A stretch of 45,438 nucleotides of DNA, from the NCBI RefSeq assembly GCF_001194135.2, contig NC_068987.1, forward strand, positions 56,855,321 through 56,900,758, given 5' to 3'. This document shows, piece after piece, positions 34,498 through 45,438 of the stretch. The stretch comes from Octopus bimaculoides. Its lineage: Eukaryota. The notes below the pieces were generated by a model. That model saw only the letters and a program-made list of their open reading frames with translations. It was not told the DNA's origin and searched no databases. Every line of letters starts with the position of its first letter. Positions within the stretch are counted from its first letter, which is position 1. Position numbers and translations under genes: made by a program.

Positions 34498-35636
34498 TAA
34501 ATGTTAAGTGGTAGAATAGTCAAATTGACCATAGTACTTCTTTGGAACTTATTTTATTGATTTTACATAGTTGAAAGGCAAACTTAACCTTGGAGTTTTG
34601 GGTATAAAACATTAACTGAACATAACTAAATACCAGGTTATTTCTACATAAGGTGATATTTATTTCCAGCTAGTTTAATTGAAACAAGTAGAATAAGAAG
34701 TAAATTGCAATACTTGTGATAAGTGTCTGTCACAAATATATATAGTGAGTATTTGATGTATAAGAGTTGGATGAGATATGATGGCTTGGCCATCTCTCCC
34801 CAGTTCTTATATTATTTATTAAATTCAGAAATACAACAAACACGAGGTTTAACAGTAACAACAGATCAGTAATTTATTCCTGGTTGGTGTAGAGCCATTT
34901 CGTTCCTGGGTGAACAGGCATGCCGCTATAATACCAAAGGAAGCTTCGACCACATGTCGGTGGAGAGCTGAGAGATACATGTTGACACGACGCCGGCTGG
35001 ATGAATAAGAGAAGGAACGCTATAACTTTTTTCTCCACCTGTTGCATTGCGCATGCGTGCTCGGGTACTTCCACTGGCGGCAAATCCCTTGCACATGCGC
35101 AATGGCACTTCCCAAGATGGCAGCCACACGTGCCACTACACATGCTTTGTGAATCTGTAATTATGATAACCATAAATAAAATGCTTTGTCATTTTGTCAA
35201 ACTATAATTAAGACACTTTGCTCAAGGACATAGTGAAGCGCCTATAAAAACCTGTCCCTCCTTATAATTTTAATACCTTTTCACCAGTCACCATAATGCC
35301 ACTTATGCACTGTAATATTTAGTTTTTTCTGAGTTCAGTTTTCTTGACATGGAAAAATCATTCAGTTCTTATGGGTTTATATAAGTAAATATTAAAGAAA
35401 GATTAAGTTTTTCTTATTTTCTAATTTTGTTCAACCACAAAGGACTGTCTAGTTACTGAGGATGATGAAGTACAAATTAGGAAACATTATTTAAACAAGG
35501 AGAGATTTTTAAAAATATATTTATAGATTTCTCATTAATAATTTTTTTTACCCATTTTGAGTTTAGTGAAGATTTAAAATGTTGTTCAAATATAAACTAT
35601 CATGTCTTTGTTGCTTTTTCCATATTATGTTTCTAG

Positions 35637-35720
35637 GAAGAAATTCGAGATTTACTGTCCAAAGATCAGTCCAAGCGACTTGAACTAAAAGAACGACCTG
35701 ATACTGGTGTGTATGTCAAG
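35637..35720 (+). CDS. KIF3B: Kinesin-2 (KIF3B-like) coding exon 6: [28 protein letters not shown]
   Basis: TTCTAG acceptor, AAG|GTAAGT donor, 84 nt, phase 0 to 0. Confidence 0.97.
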
Positions 35721-36179
35721 GTAAGTAGATGTAAAAGAACAGCTCATTTCTTTTGTTGCCCTCATTATCACTATCCACTTTACTTCTCTCAACTTTTGAG
35801 ACCTAATCATCATCATCATTTAACATTCCAGGTGGGACTGCTCTCTGTTTCTATTTATTATCCCACCTGTCTCCATCTTCTGGCTTTTACAAACCTACCA
35901 ACTCCTACTCCTGCCTCAATTTTCCCTCATCCCATTTCATTCACACAGCTATTTCATTCTTACAAATCCTCCAAGATGAACTTTGAAGCTGTCACAGCAA
36001 ATGGTCTGCTTCCCACATGGTTACTTCCCTTCTTTCTAATCAACCCTTAATCTCCACCCTCTTCCCTATATCTGTCCTATTCTCAACCATCTTCCCTTCT
36101 CTCTCACCTTCCATTCTGCCACCTGACTTCTCTAATGTACCATTCTACAAATTTAATGTCCCACCGCCACCTTAGGCTT

Positions 36180-36727
36180 AAGAAGGTTTTCTCCCATGTT
36201 AAGTGTTAGCTGTTTGCTGGGATTTGAAAGGTCTAATTCACTTTGAACTTTTAAATCCAAGCCAAATGATAACAAAGGAGATCTACTGAGAGCAGCTTAA
36301 GTTAGCACTAGAAGAAAAACTACCATTTTTGGTTTCAAGACAAAAGGTGTTCTTCCATCAGGATAATGCTCAACCACATACAGCGAGGATGATATTCCAA
36401 AGGCTGGAGCAGCTTGAACATTGAAATGATGCACCACCCACCATGTTCACCGGACATTGCTCCATCTGATTATCATTTATTCCTCAGTCTTCAAAATCAT
36501 TTGGACAAAATTCTGTAGACTAAGTCAGAACAGCACTGGAGGAGTTTTTTAATCACTGACAAGTGAATTTTGGAAGAGGGGCCTCGCAAGTCTACCAGAT
36601 AGATGGAAAAGCATCATAGAAAATGAAGGAGAGTATATTTTAGATCAAAAACGAAATTTGTTTATCTTAATTTTGAAAAATAAGAGAAGTATAAAAAAGA
36701 CCACATTATTTATGGGATGACACAATA
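36180..36727 (+). mobile_element. Mariner transposase 3' remnant with right TIR
   Basis: FFHQDNAQPH, HPPCSPDIAPSDYHLF and RWKSIIENEGEY. The catalytic GAT codons at 36362 and 36468 are 106 nt apart (D34D plus a 1-nt insertion). A TIR-like ATTATTTATGGGATGACACAATA is followed by TA. Confidence 0.9.
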
Positions 36728-37168
36728 TATTAGCTTAACTGTGGCATAAAAAATAATCCCAATTACTTTAATCCTTTCATATAAACCTAATGTCTTAGCT
36801 ACACAGTTATGCCTATATCTCTCTTTGTTATATTATGTTATAAATGTCTTATATAAAATATCAGATTAAATAATTTATACTAAGTAAATAACTGGGGGTG
36901 ACAAGTTAGCTGAAAATCTTGAAGTAAATGCTTTTAATTATTTGATTTTATCTGTCCTTGTTCTGAATTTAAATCTTTCCATGATCCATTTTTCAGTTCA
37001 TTCTCTTGTAGTCAAGGAAATAAGCACCAATTGATTCAGTTATCTATATCTCTTTCCTATGAGCACCTAACATTTTGTTTAGTCTGAAGGTCACTGTATT
37101 GTTAGGTTATTGGTATATAACATGACTAAATTTTATTTCATAATAAAAAGAAAGTTATCTAAAGTATG

Positions 37169-37605
37169 CGCAGGAGTGGCTGTGTGGTTAGTAGCTTGCT
37201 TACCAACCACATGGTTCCGGGTTCATTCCTACTTCGTGGCACCTTGGGCAAGTGTCTTCTATAGCCTCGGGCCAACCGAAGCCTTGTGAGTGGATTTAGT
37301 AGACAGAAACTGAAAGAAGCCCATCATATATATGTATACATATGTATGTGTGTTTGTCCCCCCAGCATCGCTTGACAACCGATGGTGGTGTTTTTATGTC
37401 CCCATAACTTAGCGGTTCGGCAAAAGAGACCCATAGAATAAGTACTAGGCTTCCAAAGAATAAGTCCTGGGGCCGATTTGCTCANNNNNNNNNNAATAAG
37501 TACTAGGCTTCCAAAGAATAAGTCCTGGGGCCGATTTGCTCAACTAAAAGGTGGTGCTCAGGCATGGCCGCAGTCAAATGACTGAAACCAGTAAAAGAGT
37601 AATAG
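37169..37605 (+). mobile_element. SINE family B1 (contains a 10-N gap)
   Basis: Full head, central block and GACTGAAACCAGTAAAAGAGTA tail. AGTATG is present on both flanks. Confidence 0.9.
37485..37494. other. Assembly gap (10 N) flanked by an identical 48-bp duplication
   Basis: 37437-37484 is identical to 37495-37542. Confidence 0.95.
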
Positions 37606-38789
37606 AGTATGAAACTCCCCACCACTACAAAAAAGAAATTTAGAAATAATTTCATTTGTTAAATTAAGAAAATGTTTTTTGTGCAGTCCAACCCAATACT
37701 AGTAATATTTAGTTTTGAGGTTGTTTGTTTTCTCTTTCTATTTGTAATATCTACTGTGTTTAACTAATTATATAATATAGATGGAGATATAATTATATTA
37801 GCAGTGTTAAATGAATTAAAATCTCTATGAGATACGAAGTTAGAATGGCAGCAAAAGTATTTACTAGTATTTACTTCTATATATTGCTGGCAGGGAAATG
37901 TGTCACTGTTATCTCTGGCAGTAAAGTGTCCACAGTATAGTTCTGACAGAACATCCATGTTTAAGTGGGGATAAATATTACTTCTTGATATTAATACAGC
38001 TTCTGTCACTAATATATATTATTTACTAGTTATGATGTGTAATGTGAACCAGTTGACTGGAAGCCGAGTCATAACAAAAATGATGGAAATGACTCACAAC
38101 AAAACAGTAAAAAAATATCATAATCATCTCAACTTACCATGAAATGCTTTTGCTTATCTTCCAGCTCAACAACAACAGCAACAAAGTTTGTTGTATGTCT
38201 GTAAAAATAGCCCTAAAACACAGCATGGTTTTTAACACCACCATTAGATATTTGGGTCTCTTAAGTAGTATTCATTATGTTGTAAGCATTCAAACCAGGC
38301 CCATTTGTTCCTCTGCCCACATTTTTAACCTAGATTTTGGCTGCATCAATATTACCTACTTGGGGTGAGCTGAAAGGTCCTTAGCATATGGTCATGCCCC
38401 TCGTTTCATAATAAACTGATTTAAAAGGACAGATGCTAATAAAATTTTATAGTTTTCCTTTTTTTTTTTAATCTGGAATAGAATTTTGGTAGGGAGTTAG
38501 TTTCAGAGGAGAGGTTGTGTCCGTGCTCTTCACAAGCCCTCTGAGATCAGTGAGATTAACACAATTAATATTCCTATAAAATAGTTGCTAGTCAGTAGCT
38601 ATAGAAAAATGTGTGCAGAGAGAGAATTCCTGAGGGTGAGCATTCTGAGGAGGAGGGGTTGAGTATAAGTGCTACAATGGGCCTGATGGTGAGAGGCAAG
38701 TCACAGTAAGGTTTACTTGTATGAGCAATATTTGGGATTTAAGTATATTTCTCGACACAAAAGAAAATGAGGACCAGTGCATGTTGAAA

Positions 38790-39162
38790 AGTGTTTGGCA
38801 TTAAGAAGGGCACCCAGCTGTAAAAACCATGCCAAAGCAGACACTGGAGCCTGATGCAGGATCTGATAGGCCCATCGGATCCTGTAAAACCTCCCAACCC
38901 AAGTCAGCATGGGATATCATCATCATCATTATAATTTGCATATGTTATTCCATGCTGGCATGGATTGGATAATTTGGCAGGAGCTGTGAAGGGCAGGGGC
39001 TGCACCAGGCTCCATTGTCTGTTCTGGCATGGTTTCTAGAGCTGGATGCCCTTCCTAACACCAAGCACTTCACAGAGTACACTGGGTGCTTTGTATGTGG
39101 AACCAGCAACAGTGCTTCTAAGATGGCACTAGCACCAGTGCTTTTAACATGGCACCAGCACC
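38790..39162. mobile_element. Two RTE-type tail fragments, tail-to-tail (+ 38790-38915, - 38917-39162)
   Basis: GAAGGGCACCCAGCTGTAAAAACCATGCC..TGGAGCCTGATGCAG on + and CTGCACCAGGCTCCA..GGCATGGTTTCTAGAGCTGGATGCCCTTC on -. Confidence 0.8.
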
Positions 39163-39309
39163 GATATCAATTCTGCTATGGTGGATGGATTGATGATGAT
39201 GATTTCAGTAAAAAAATTGTCTTTGAATGTGTGGTTATGTATGACAGCTGTTTTTCCTGTGAGGCTAGGTTTGGCTGCTGCTTCAAATTTTGATATGTAT
39301 TTGATAATG

Positions 39310-39719
39310 CAGGCATGGCTGTATGGTTAAGAAGTTTGCTTCTCATATAGTGGTTTCATGTTCAGTCCCACTGCATGGCACCTTGAGCAAATTTCTCTAA
39401 AACCTTGTGAGTGGGATTAGATTGAAACTGAAAGAAACCCATCATGTGTATATATATATATGTGTGTATGTATTTGTACCTCCTTGTCTTGACATTGGCC
39501 AATAGTTATTAACTAGTGTCACTGTTATGCAAGCAGTGTCATTCATTTCAAATATGCCATGAGAACATGTCTGTTCATGGAGATATACTACCTTGCTTAG
39601 AAACGTGAGAATTGGCAAGAGGAAATGCATCCAGCAGTAAAATCTTCCTCACCTCATTGAATTCCATCTGATCCATGTGAGCATGGAAAAGTGGACATTA
39701 AAACGATAATGACAATGAT
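39310..39719 (+). mobile_element. SINE family B2
   Basis: B head followed by CTCCTTGTCTTGACA..GTGTCACTG..CCATGTGAGCATGGAAAAGTGGACATTAAAACGATAATGAC. Confidence 0.8.
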
Positions 39720-40136
39720 TTGAATCTTGAGAGCTATTTCTTTTCATACATTCATACACTCACACATACACACATCATATGTAGGAAAAGGTGGTAGGGT
39801 CAGATATGACATTATTGGGCCTCATATATCAGATAATACCTATCTTAAACATTTTGGAATGTGGTATATTGCAATACACCACATTTTTAATATGGCAAAA
39901 TAGCTGCTTTTGTGGTGGTAGAATAATAGTGTTGGTGTTGTTATCACTATTGTTGTCTTCTTTTAAAGAAAGTTTGATTAATCAAGGATAAATATGTGAT
40001 TCTAATATATAACATCGATGAGGATTTGCATATTTATTCTTAATACATTTAAATTTGCCCGAATGTATTAATAAGTATGAAAATTCAGATCTTGATGTAT
40101 ACAGCACAAACAATGATCTTTTTTTATCAATATGTA

Positions 40137-40514
40137 GGAGTGGCTGTGTGGTAAGTAGCTTGCTTACCAACCACATGGTCCCGGGTTCAGTCCCACTGCA
40201 TGGCATCTTGGGCAAGTGTCTTCTACTCTAGCCTCGGGATGACCAAAGCCTTGTGAGTGGATTTGGAAGCCCGCCGTATATATGTATATATATATATGTA
40301 TGTGTATATGTGTTTGTGTGTCTGTGTTTGTCCCCCCAACATTGCTTGACAACCGATGCTGGTGTGTTTGCGTCCCCGTAACTTAGCGGTTCGGCAAAAG
40401 AGACCGATAGAATAAGTACTAGGCTTACAAAGAATAAGTCCTGGGGTCGATTTGCTCGACTAAATGCGGTGCTCCAGCATGGCCACAGTCAAAAGACTGA
40501 AACAAGTAAAAGAG
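40137..40514 (+). mobile_element. SINE family B1, near-intact
   Basis: GGAGTGGCTGTGTGGTAAG...GGTTCAGTCCCAC head and GACTGAAACAAGTAAAAGAG tail. TATGTA lies at 40131-36 and 40515-20. Confidence 0.92.
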
Positions 40515-40623
40515 TATGTAACTTAGTTTTAGAACTACAGCTGAAAGTATGTCTTTATCAATTGCCATATTAAATATTGGATGAAATGATTAATATGTTC
40601 ATTTATTTTGGTTTTAATTACAG

Positions 40624-40703
40624 GATTTGTCTTCGTTTGTAACCAAAAGTGCAAAGGAAATTGAACATGTGATGAATGTTGGTAACCAGAATCGTGCTGT
40701 TGG
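40624..40703 (+). CDS. KIF3B: Kinesin-2 (KIF3B-like) coding exon 7: [26 protein letters not shown](G)
   Basis: TTACAG acceptor, GG|GTATGT donor, 80 nt, phase 0 to 2. Confidence 0.96.
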
Positions 40704-43495
40704 GTATGTTCTCTGTCAAATTTCTTTAATAATTCATTGTAATGACAAAAATAGTGAAGGAAAGACTTAGTCTTTAGGCCATTAATCTCACAGCTTATTC
40801 CCATATTTTTAATAAGATGTAATGAGAGCTTGCAATACATATACTAGATATATGCTAAAGTCACTTGTTAATCCAGTTACAAACCACAGAGGTCTATTTA
40901 TTTGCTATATTGCTTAACATATTAGAAACACATCTAATCCATCTCTCCACTGGATGCTAGCCTTTTGCCACTAACTTTTCTTTGACAGCCTGGTATCTGT
41001 TATTTTGCCTCAGTTTCAGCCCTGATCATCCAACAGATCTATGATGAAAAACGTTCCAGCCCTTTTTGTATTCATAATGAATCCAGGTTACCATTATCCA
41101 ATTTCTCCTTCCTTTTTTCCAAGAAGGCAGAGTGTGATCAGAAAGACATTTAGATGTTATTTCTAACAAGACAAGTGGTCGTTTAGAAAATTATTTAATA
41201 TATTGTTTAGCCCAAGTTGTCCCCCAAAGCAAGGAAACTACAAACATCATGTATTCCATCTGTGACCAGCTAATTTTAATTTTAATTTTTCTAGACAGAG
41301 TATCTACAACCACATCACTGAATATGTCCTTTTATTTTTACGATAGCGATTTGAGGGAGATCTGACTGCTTTTTCTAGCTGGTCAAGCATCAATGTAGAG
41401 GCTCTCATTAACTCACTCTTCTATCTGTTCTCCAACTAAATAAACTGGGACAAGCACACTTTAATGTCATGCCACAAGATTCTAGTGGAATGTTAGCCTG
41501 TGACCTATGATCTAGCTGTCCTATATCTTATCACTGCCATTTCACCCTTTGCACTAACTCTGTCAAGTACTGTACCTGTTTAATTAATACCTGTCTCTTA
41601 TCTAACCTAGCAACTGGTTGGCATGCCAACTTCTTGCTTCTTATTAGGCAGTGATCCCTAGATTTCAGCAACTTTGACTATAGAATGATTACCTCAATAA
41701 GTTCATTTGAGATATGATCAACAATACCTGTAGCAATAACTCATCAACAATAACTGTAGCAAGCAATCAGTCTGAAAGCCTTCCCCTTACAATGTGTAAC
41801 ACACTTTTTGTCCTTGGGTAACAACTGTTATTTCCTATTTGCTTACCCCTTGAAAGTATGAAAAATGACTAATATTTCCTTCAAACTTTGCTTTTGTTAC
41901 ATTTATTCAAACTACAAAGACTCCCTCTCAACACATGGCTATGATGCCCCCACTCCTCTACTCCTGCTCATCATTAAAGATATACATATTGTCCACCACT
42001 AAGGGACATGCCCAAGTAGTTAAGGTTGAGCAACTGACAAGCAGTTATGTGGTACTGAGCAGAATATTTGCTATAATGATATTTCTGCTTCAGCAACTCA
42101 GTACTGGATGTCTGAAATGTAATGAAAAATAGGTCAGTTTCAAAACATTGATGTCCAGGTCACAAAAGCAAAGTCTAAAGGAAATAGTAGTTATTTTCTT
42201 TGATTTCTAGTTAGAAGTAAATAGGAAATATCACTTATTGACCAAAGACAAAAAAAAATTCTGTTACTTTACAAATTATCAAAGTCTGCTTTAGTATCCA
42301 TTGAACTCTTTCACATATTTCTAGTAAAATTGTCATTTGTTAACTCTTTAAACTTGAGATGCTGTTACAGTGTTTAGCCTCATTCTATTCATTTATAAAC
42401 AATCAAGGAATTATGTCTCTTGTGTTTGATGGCTTCATTTCTCTGAGATTGAGTAGGTTCTTGTAAATAACCAAATGTGAATAGCTTGCTAGCATGGGTT
42501 AGGTGAATATCTTACTGATGCATTGTTTTGTTGTTGGGTGTCCTTTCTGTTGCTAACACTTAGCTGTTTTCCAAGTAAGAGGTCTCTTATTCCACAAATG
42601 TATGATTTCATGACAGACGTAACAACATCACCACTCATAGGTCACAACTTTTGTGGAAGCAAGAGCAAATGTAAACACACACATAAATGTGCACACATGC
42701 AAGCATACATAAATATATACACATGTACACGACAGTCTACTATCAGTTTCTGTCCATCAAAACCACTTACAAGGTTTTGATTGGTCCACTGCTATAGCAG
42801 AAGACACATCCTCCAGGGCACTATATATTAAACAGGAGGTGAGACAACAGAACGTTGTCATTAATGACAGCTGATCCAAATGTCACAAACTTGTTTACAC
42901 AAAGGTGCTACATAGAAGATATAAATTTTTTAAAAATAAGAAACAAGCTAAAGAAATTCTTTGTTACACATAGCTTCCCATTGTTGTATACTTATCGGGG
43001 TTATTTCAAAGCTCATTTTCTGGTTAAGGCCACCATAGTGGCATAGAAATAAATGTCAGTTGAAGATGTTTGCTTAGATGTGAGAAAGATGTATTATATG
43101 TTTCTTATGATTATTAAATGAGTGGTGGCAGCTGTGGAACTGGTGGTGGCTGCATCAGTAATTTTACTTTATTTACATTTAGCACTTAGGTTCTCCAGTT
43201 CAAAGAACATCAGACTGCCATAGCTCTTCATTCAATAATTTGAGTTTAGAAAACAAAATTGACATGAATTTAATGCATCCAGAGCTCAAATCAATTGAAT
43301 AATGTAATGAAATCAGAGTTACAAGTGTTTAATTAATAAATTTAAAAAAATGAAAATGTCATTTAATTTTTTATTTTTATTTATTAATTTTTTTTTATTT
43401 CATGAATGCAATGTAGCTTAAATTATATTTTTTGCAAATATACTTTCAATACTGACTTTACAAAAACAGTTAGCCATTGATATCTATTTATCCAG

Positions 43496-43565
43496 CGCGA
43501 CAAACATGAATGAGCACAGTTCCCGGTCACATGCCATTTTTATTATCACTATAGAATGCAGTGAG
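43496..43565 (+). CDS. KIF3B: Kinesin-2 (KIF3B-like) coding exon 8, switch I: [23 protein letters not shown]
   Basis: ATCCAG acceptor, GAG|GTAAAT donor, 70 nt, phase 2 to 0. Confidence 0.97.
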
Positions 43566-44070
43566 GTAAATACATTTGAATATCTGCATGTACACACTCA
43601 TATGTGTATGTACACACATGCACACATGCATACACACATACTTGATATTTACTTGTATATATGTTGTGATTCTATATGTACATTTAATACAATGTGTAGT
43701 TGATTGCATCATGAAACTCCAAGGGACTCATGAAAACCAGAGTTTAGCTGCAATTTTAAAGCATTGAGGATGAGAAATCAATTGTTTTCTTCAATAAAGT
43801 GTAAACCTGTTACAGGGGACATTCTCATTATTTTCTGCCATGTTCAAGAGTCAGGCTGACTGAGATGCATGGAAGTGGACTTGATCTCGGCGTACAAGCT
43901 CATTGTCCATCCAGTATGATATCCACTCTGATGAGTGGAGTCTATGCCGTTTTAACTCATAACACATTAGTGAAAAAGAAAATCTCACAAGAGACAACCA
44001 AGAGAAGAGGAAGAAGCAAGCACATAACCATTTCAGAGTAAATATCAATGTTATATGTTGATTCTTCTTA

Positions 44071-44287
44071 AAGCGGCGAGCCGGCAGAATTGTTAGCATG
44101 TCAGGTCAAATGCTTAGCAGCATGTCATCTGTCTTTGTTTTGAGTTCAAATTCTGCCGAGGTTGACCTTGTCTTTTATCCTTTCGGGGTCAATAAAATAA
44201 GTACCAGTTGAATACTGGGCATGATATAATCGACTTTTCCCCTCCCCCAAAAAAATTGCTGGCCTTGTGCCAAAATTTGAAAGCATT
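44071..44287 (+). mobile_element. SINE family C (Nin/Deu-domain-like), near full length
   Basis: GGCGAGCCGGCAGAA..GAGTTCAAATTCTGCCGAGGTTGACC..TCCTTTCGGGGTCAATAAAATAAGTACCAG..GGCCTTGTGCCAAAATTTGAAA. The domain name is from memory of the Nin/Deu SINE core. Confidence 0.85.
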
Positions 44288-45213
44288 ATATTTAGACTTC
44301 TTATTGACCAGACTGTCAGATGTCCTTATATATTGCAGGTGGCAATGTGCTTCCATTCTCCTCTTGATTGGCTGTTCTCTCTCATTTGAGCCCTAATTAG
44401 ATGACTATGTCTTCTGTCCATCATCTCAGACATCTTCTAAGTAATCTTTTCCAGTCTCTTGGATAGTGCTTGAAAACTGCACAGGTCCACCTCTTGTCTG
44501 TGAACCTTGTAACATATTATGATTGATATTTAGTAATTAATTCTATTAACTATTAGAGGTGAGATTGTTTTGAAAATTTGAACATTTGCATTTGAGTAAT
44601 TGGGATGAGTTTTTCATAGAGACCAGAGGCAAGAGGCACAATGCTGTGTTTGTTTCAAAACATAAGCTCATAACTTTACAGTCAGTAATCTAATACTTTA
44701 ATTTTACAGCTGGCTAACTAACATTCTGTTATAGTATAATACTAACACTTTGCTTTAATATAATACTAACTGAATTAACATGATGCTGCAACTTAACTTT
44801 AAGCTTGAATTTCCTTCATAATTACTTTAGTTGCCATTTAGAAATTATCTCCCTTCCTTGCTTAATTTGTCTGATTTCAAATGTTTGAGCCTATTACTTG
44901 AATTTCCATAACCCGAAATGGATTATTAGCCCCGTTGTCTTTACATTGGGTCCAAGTGATTGTAAGACCATTATTTGTGGGTGGAGTTAAATCAGAGGTA
45001 GCTATTAAATGTGTGAAACATGTTGTTTATTAATTTGTTTGGTATCATACTGAAATGTTTAGACTATTCTTTCTGTTGGTAAAAATAATGTATTCCTCTT
45101 TGTAAAGTTTTTTTTTTTTTTTTTGTTACTACCTGCTGACACAAACACCTGTTAGCTTCCTTAAACATCTATTGATTCACTTCATAGTTAATTTGGTTTT
45201 CTTTTCTCTGAAG

Positions 45214-45306
45214 ATGGGTGTTGATGGAGAGAATCATATTCGTGTTGGTAAACTGAATCTGGTCGACTTAGCTGGTAGTGAACGACAAACTAAAACTGGT
45301 TCTACG
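45214..45306 (+). CDS. KIF3B: Kinesin-2 (KIF3B-like) coding exon 9, switch II: [31 protein letters not shown] (gene continues beyond window)
   Basis: CTGAAG acceptor, ACG|GTAAGT donor, 93 nt, phase 0 to 0. [34 protein letters not shown] and [20 protein letters not shown] match KIF3B rather than KIF3A as I recall them. Confidence 0.97.
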
Positions 45307-45438
45307 GTAAGTGTAAAGTTTTGCATTTATTTGAAAGAGTTCAAGGATGGGGAAATAGGGATTTACCTTCTTCCCTTGACCAAGTTTATGAAAACTATGA
45401 TTCATTTTGTAAACTGAAAATTAAGGTGATGGGAGTAA

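Noticed and set aside
34874-35207. Overlapping 67-99 aa ORFs in the GC-rich block
   Set aside because: No recognisable motif or splice support, and longer ORFs are expected by chance at higher GC.
43921-43960. Hammerhead ribozyme (CTGATGA core, also at 8761 and 14555)
   Set aside because: No stem II followed by GAAA at any site. 43923-43938 is only a short CCACTC/GAGTGG hairpin.
43851-44099. Nested antisense gene (82-aa minus ORF)
   Set aside because: It starts inside a SINE, resembles no known protein family and has no partner exons.

Overview
Eukaryotic, AT-rich, repeat-dense animal DNA, most likely an octopus (coleoid cephalopod). That assignment is an inference from the SINE/RTE repeat families as I recall them, not a database result. 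The only host gene I can support is the 5' part of a kinesin-2 motor subunit gene (KIF3B/KRP95/Klp68D type) on the + strand. It has nine coding exons at 6749-6751 (ATG only), 13398-13477, 27646-27753, 30097-30221, 32941-33065, 35637-35720, 40624-40703, 43496-43565 and 45214-45306. All eight introns are GT-AG with matching phases, and the exons join into 768 nt = 256 in-frame codons covering the P-loop (GQTGTGKT), switch I (NEHSSRSH) and switch II (DLAGSER). The gene continues past the window end. The introns hold a decayed near-full-length RTE LINE with a PHD-type C4HC3 finger inside its RT ORF, an internally deleted RTE copy, many RTE 3'-tail fragments, at least three tRNA-type SINE families, a mariner transposase remnant, several MITEs (TTAA/piggyBac-like, TA/Tc1-like, hAT-like), long palindromes, microsatellites and two assembly gaps. 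Nearly all other ORFs in the supplied track are spurious or repeat-derived. I see no convincing new protein-coding system. The best leads are the retroelement architecture (PHD in RT, bipartite RTE derivatives, SINE tail swapping, a twin-priming-like inversion), long intronic fold-backs that could be dsRNA/ADAR substrates, and a CpG-rich promoter-like island in an intron. Repeat boundaries are by eye and approximate unless a TSD or TIR is quoted.
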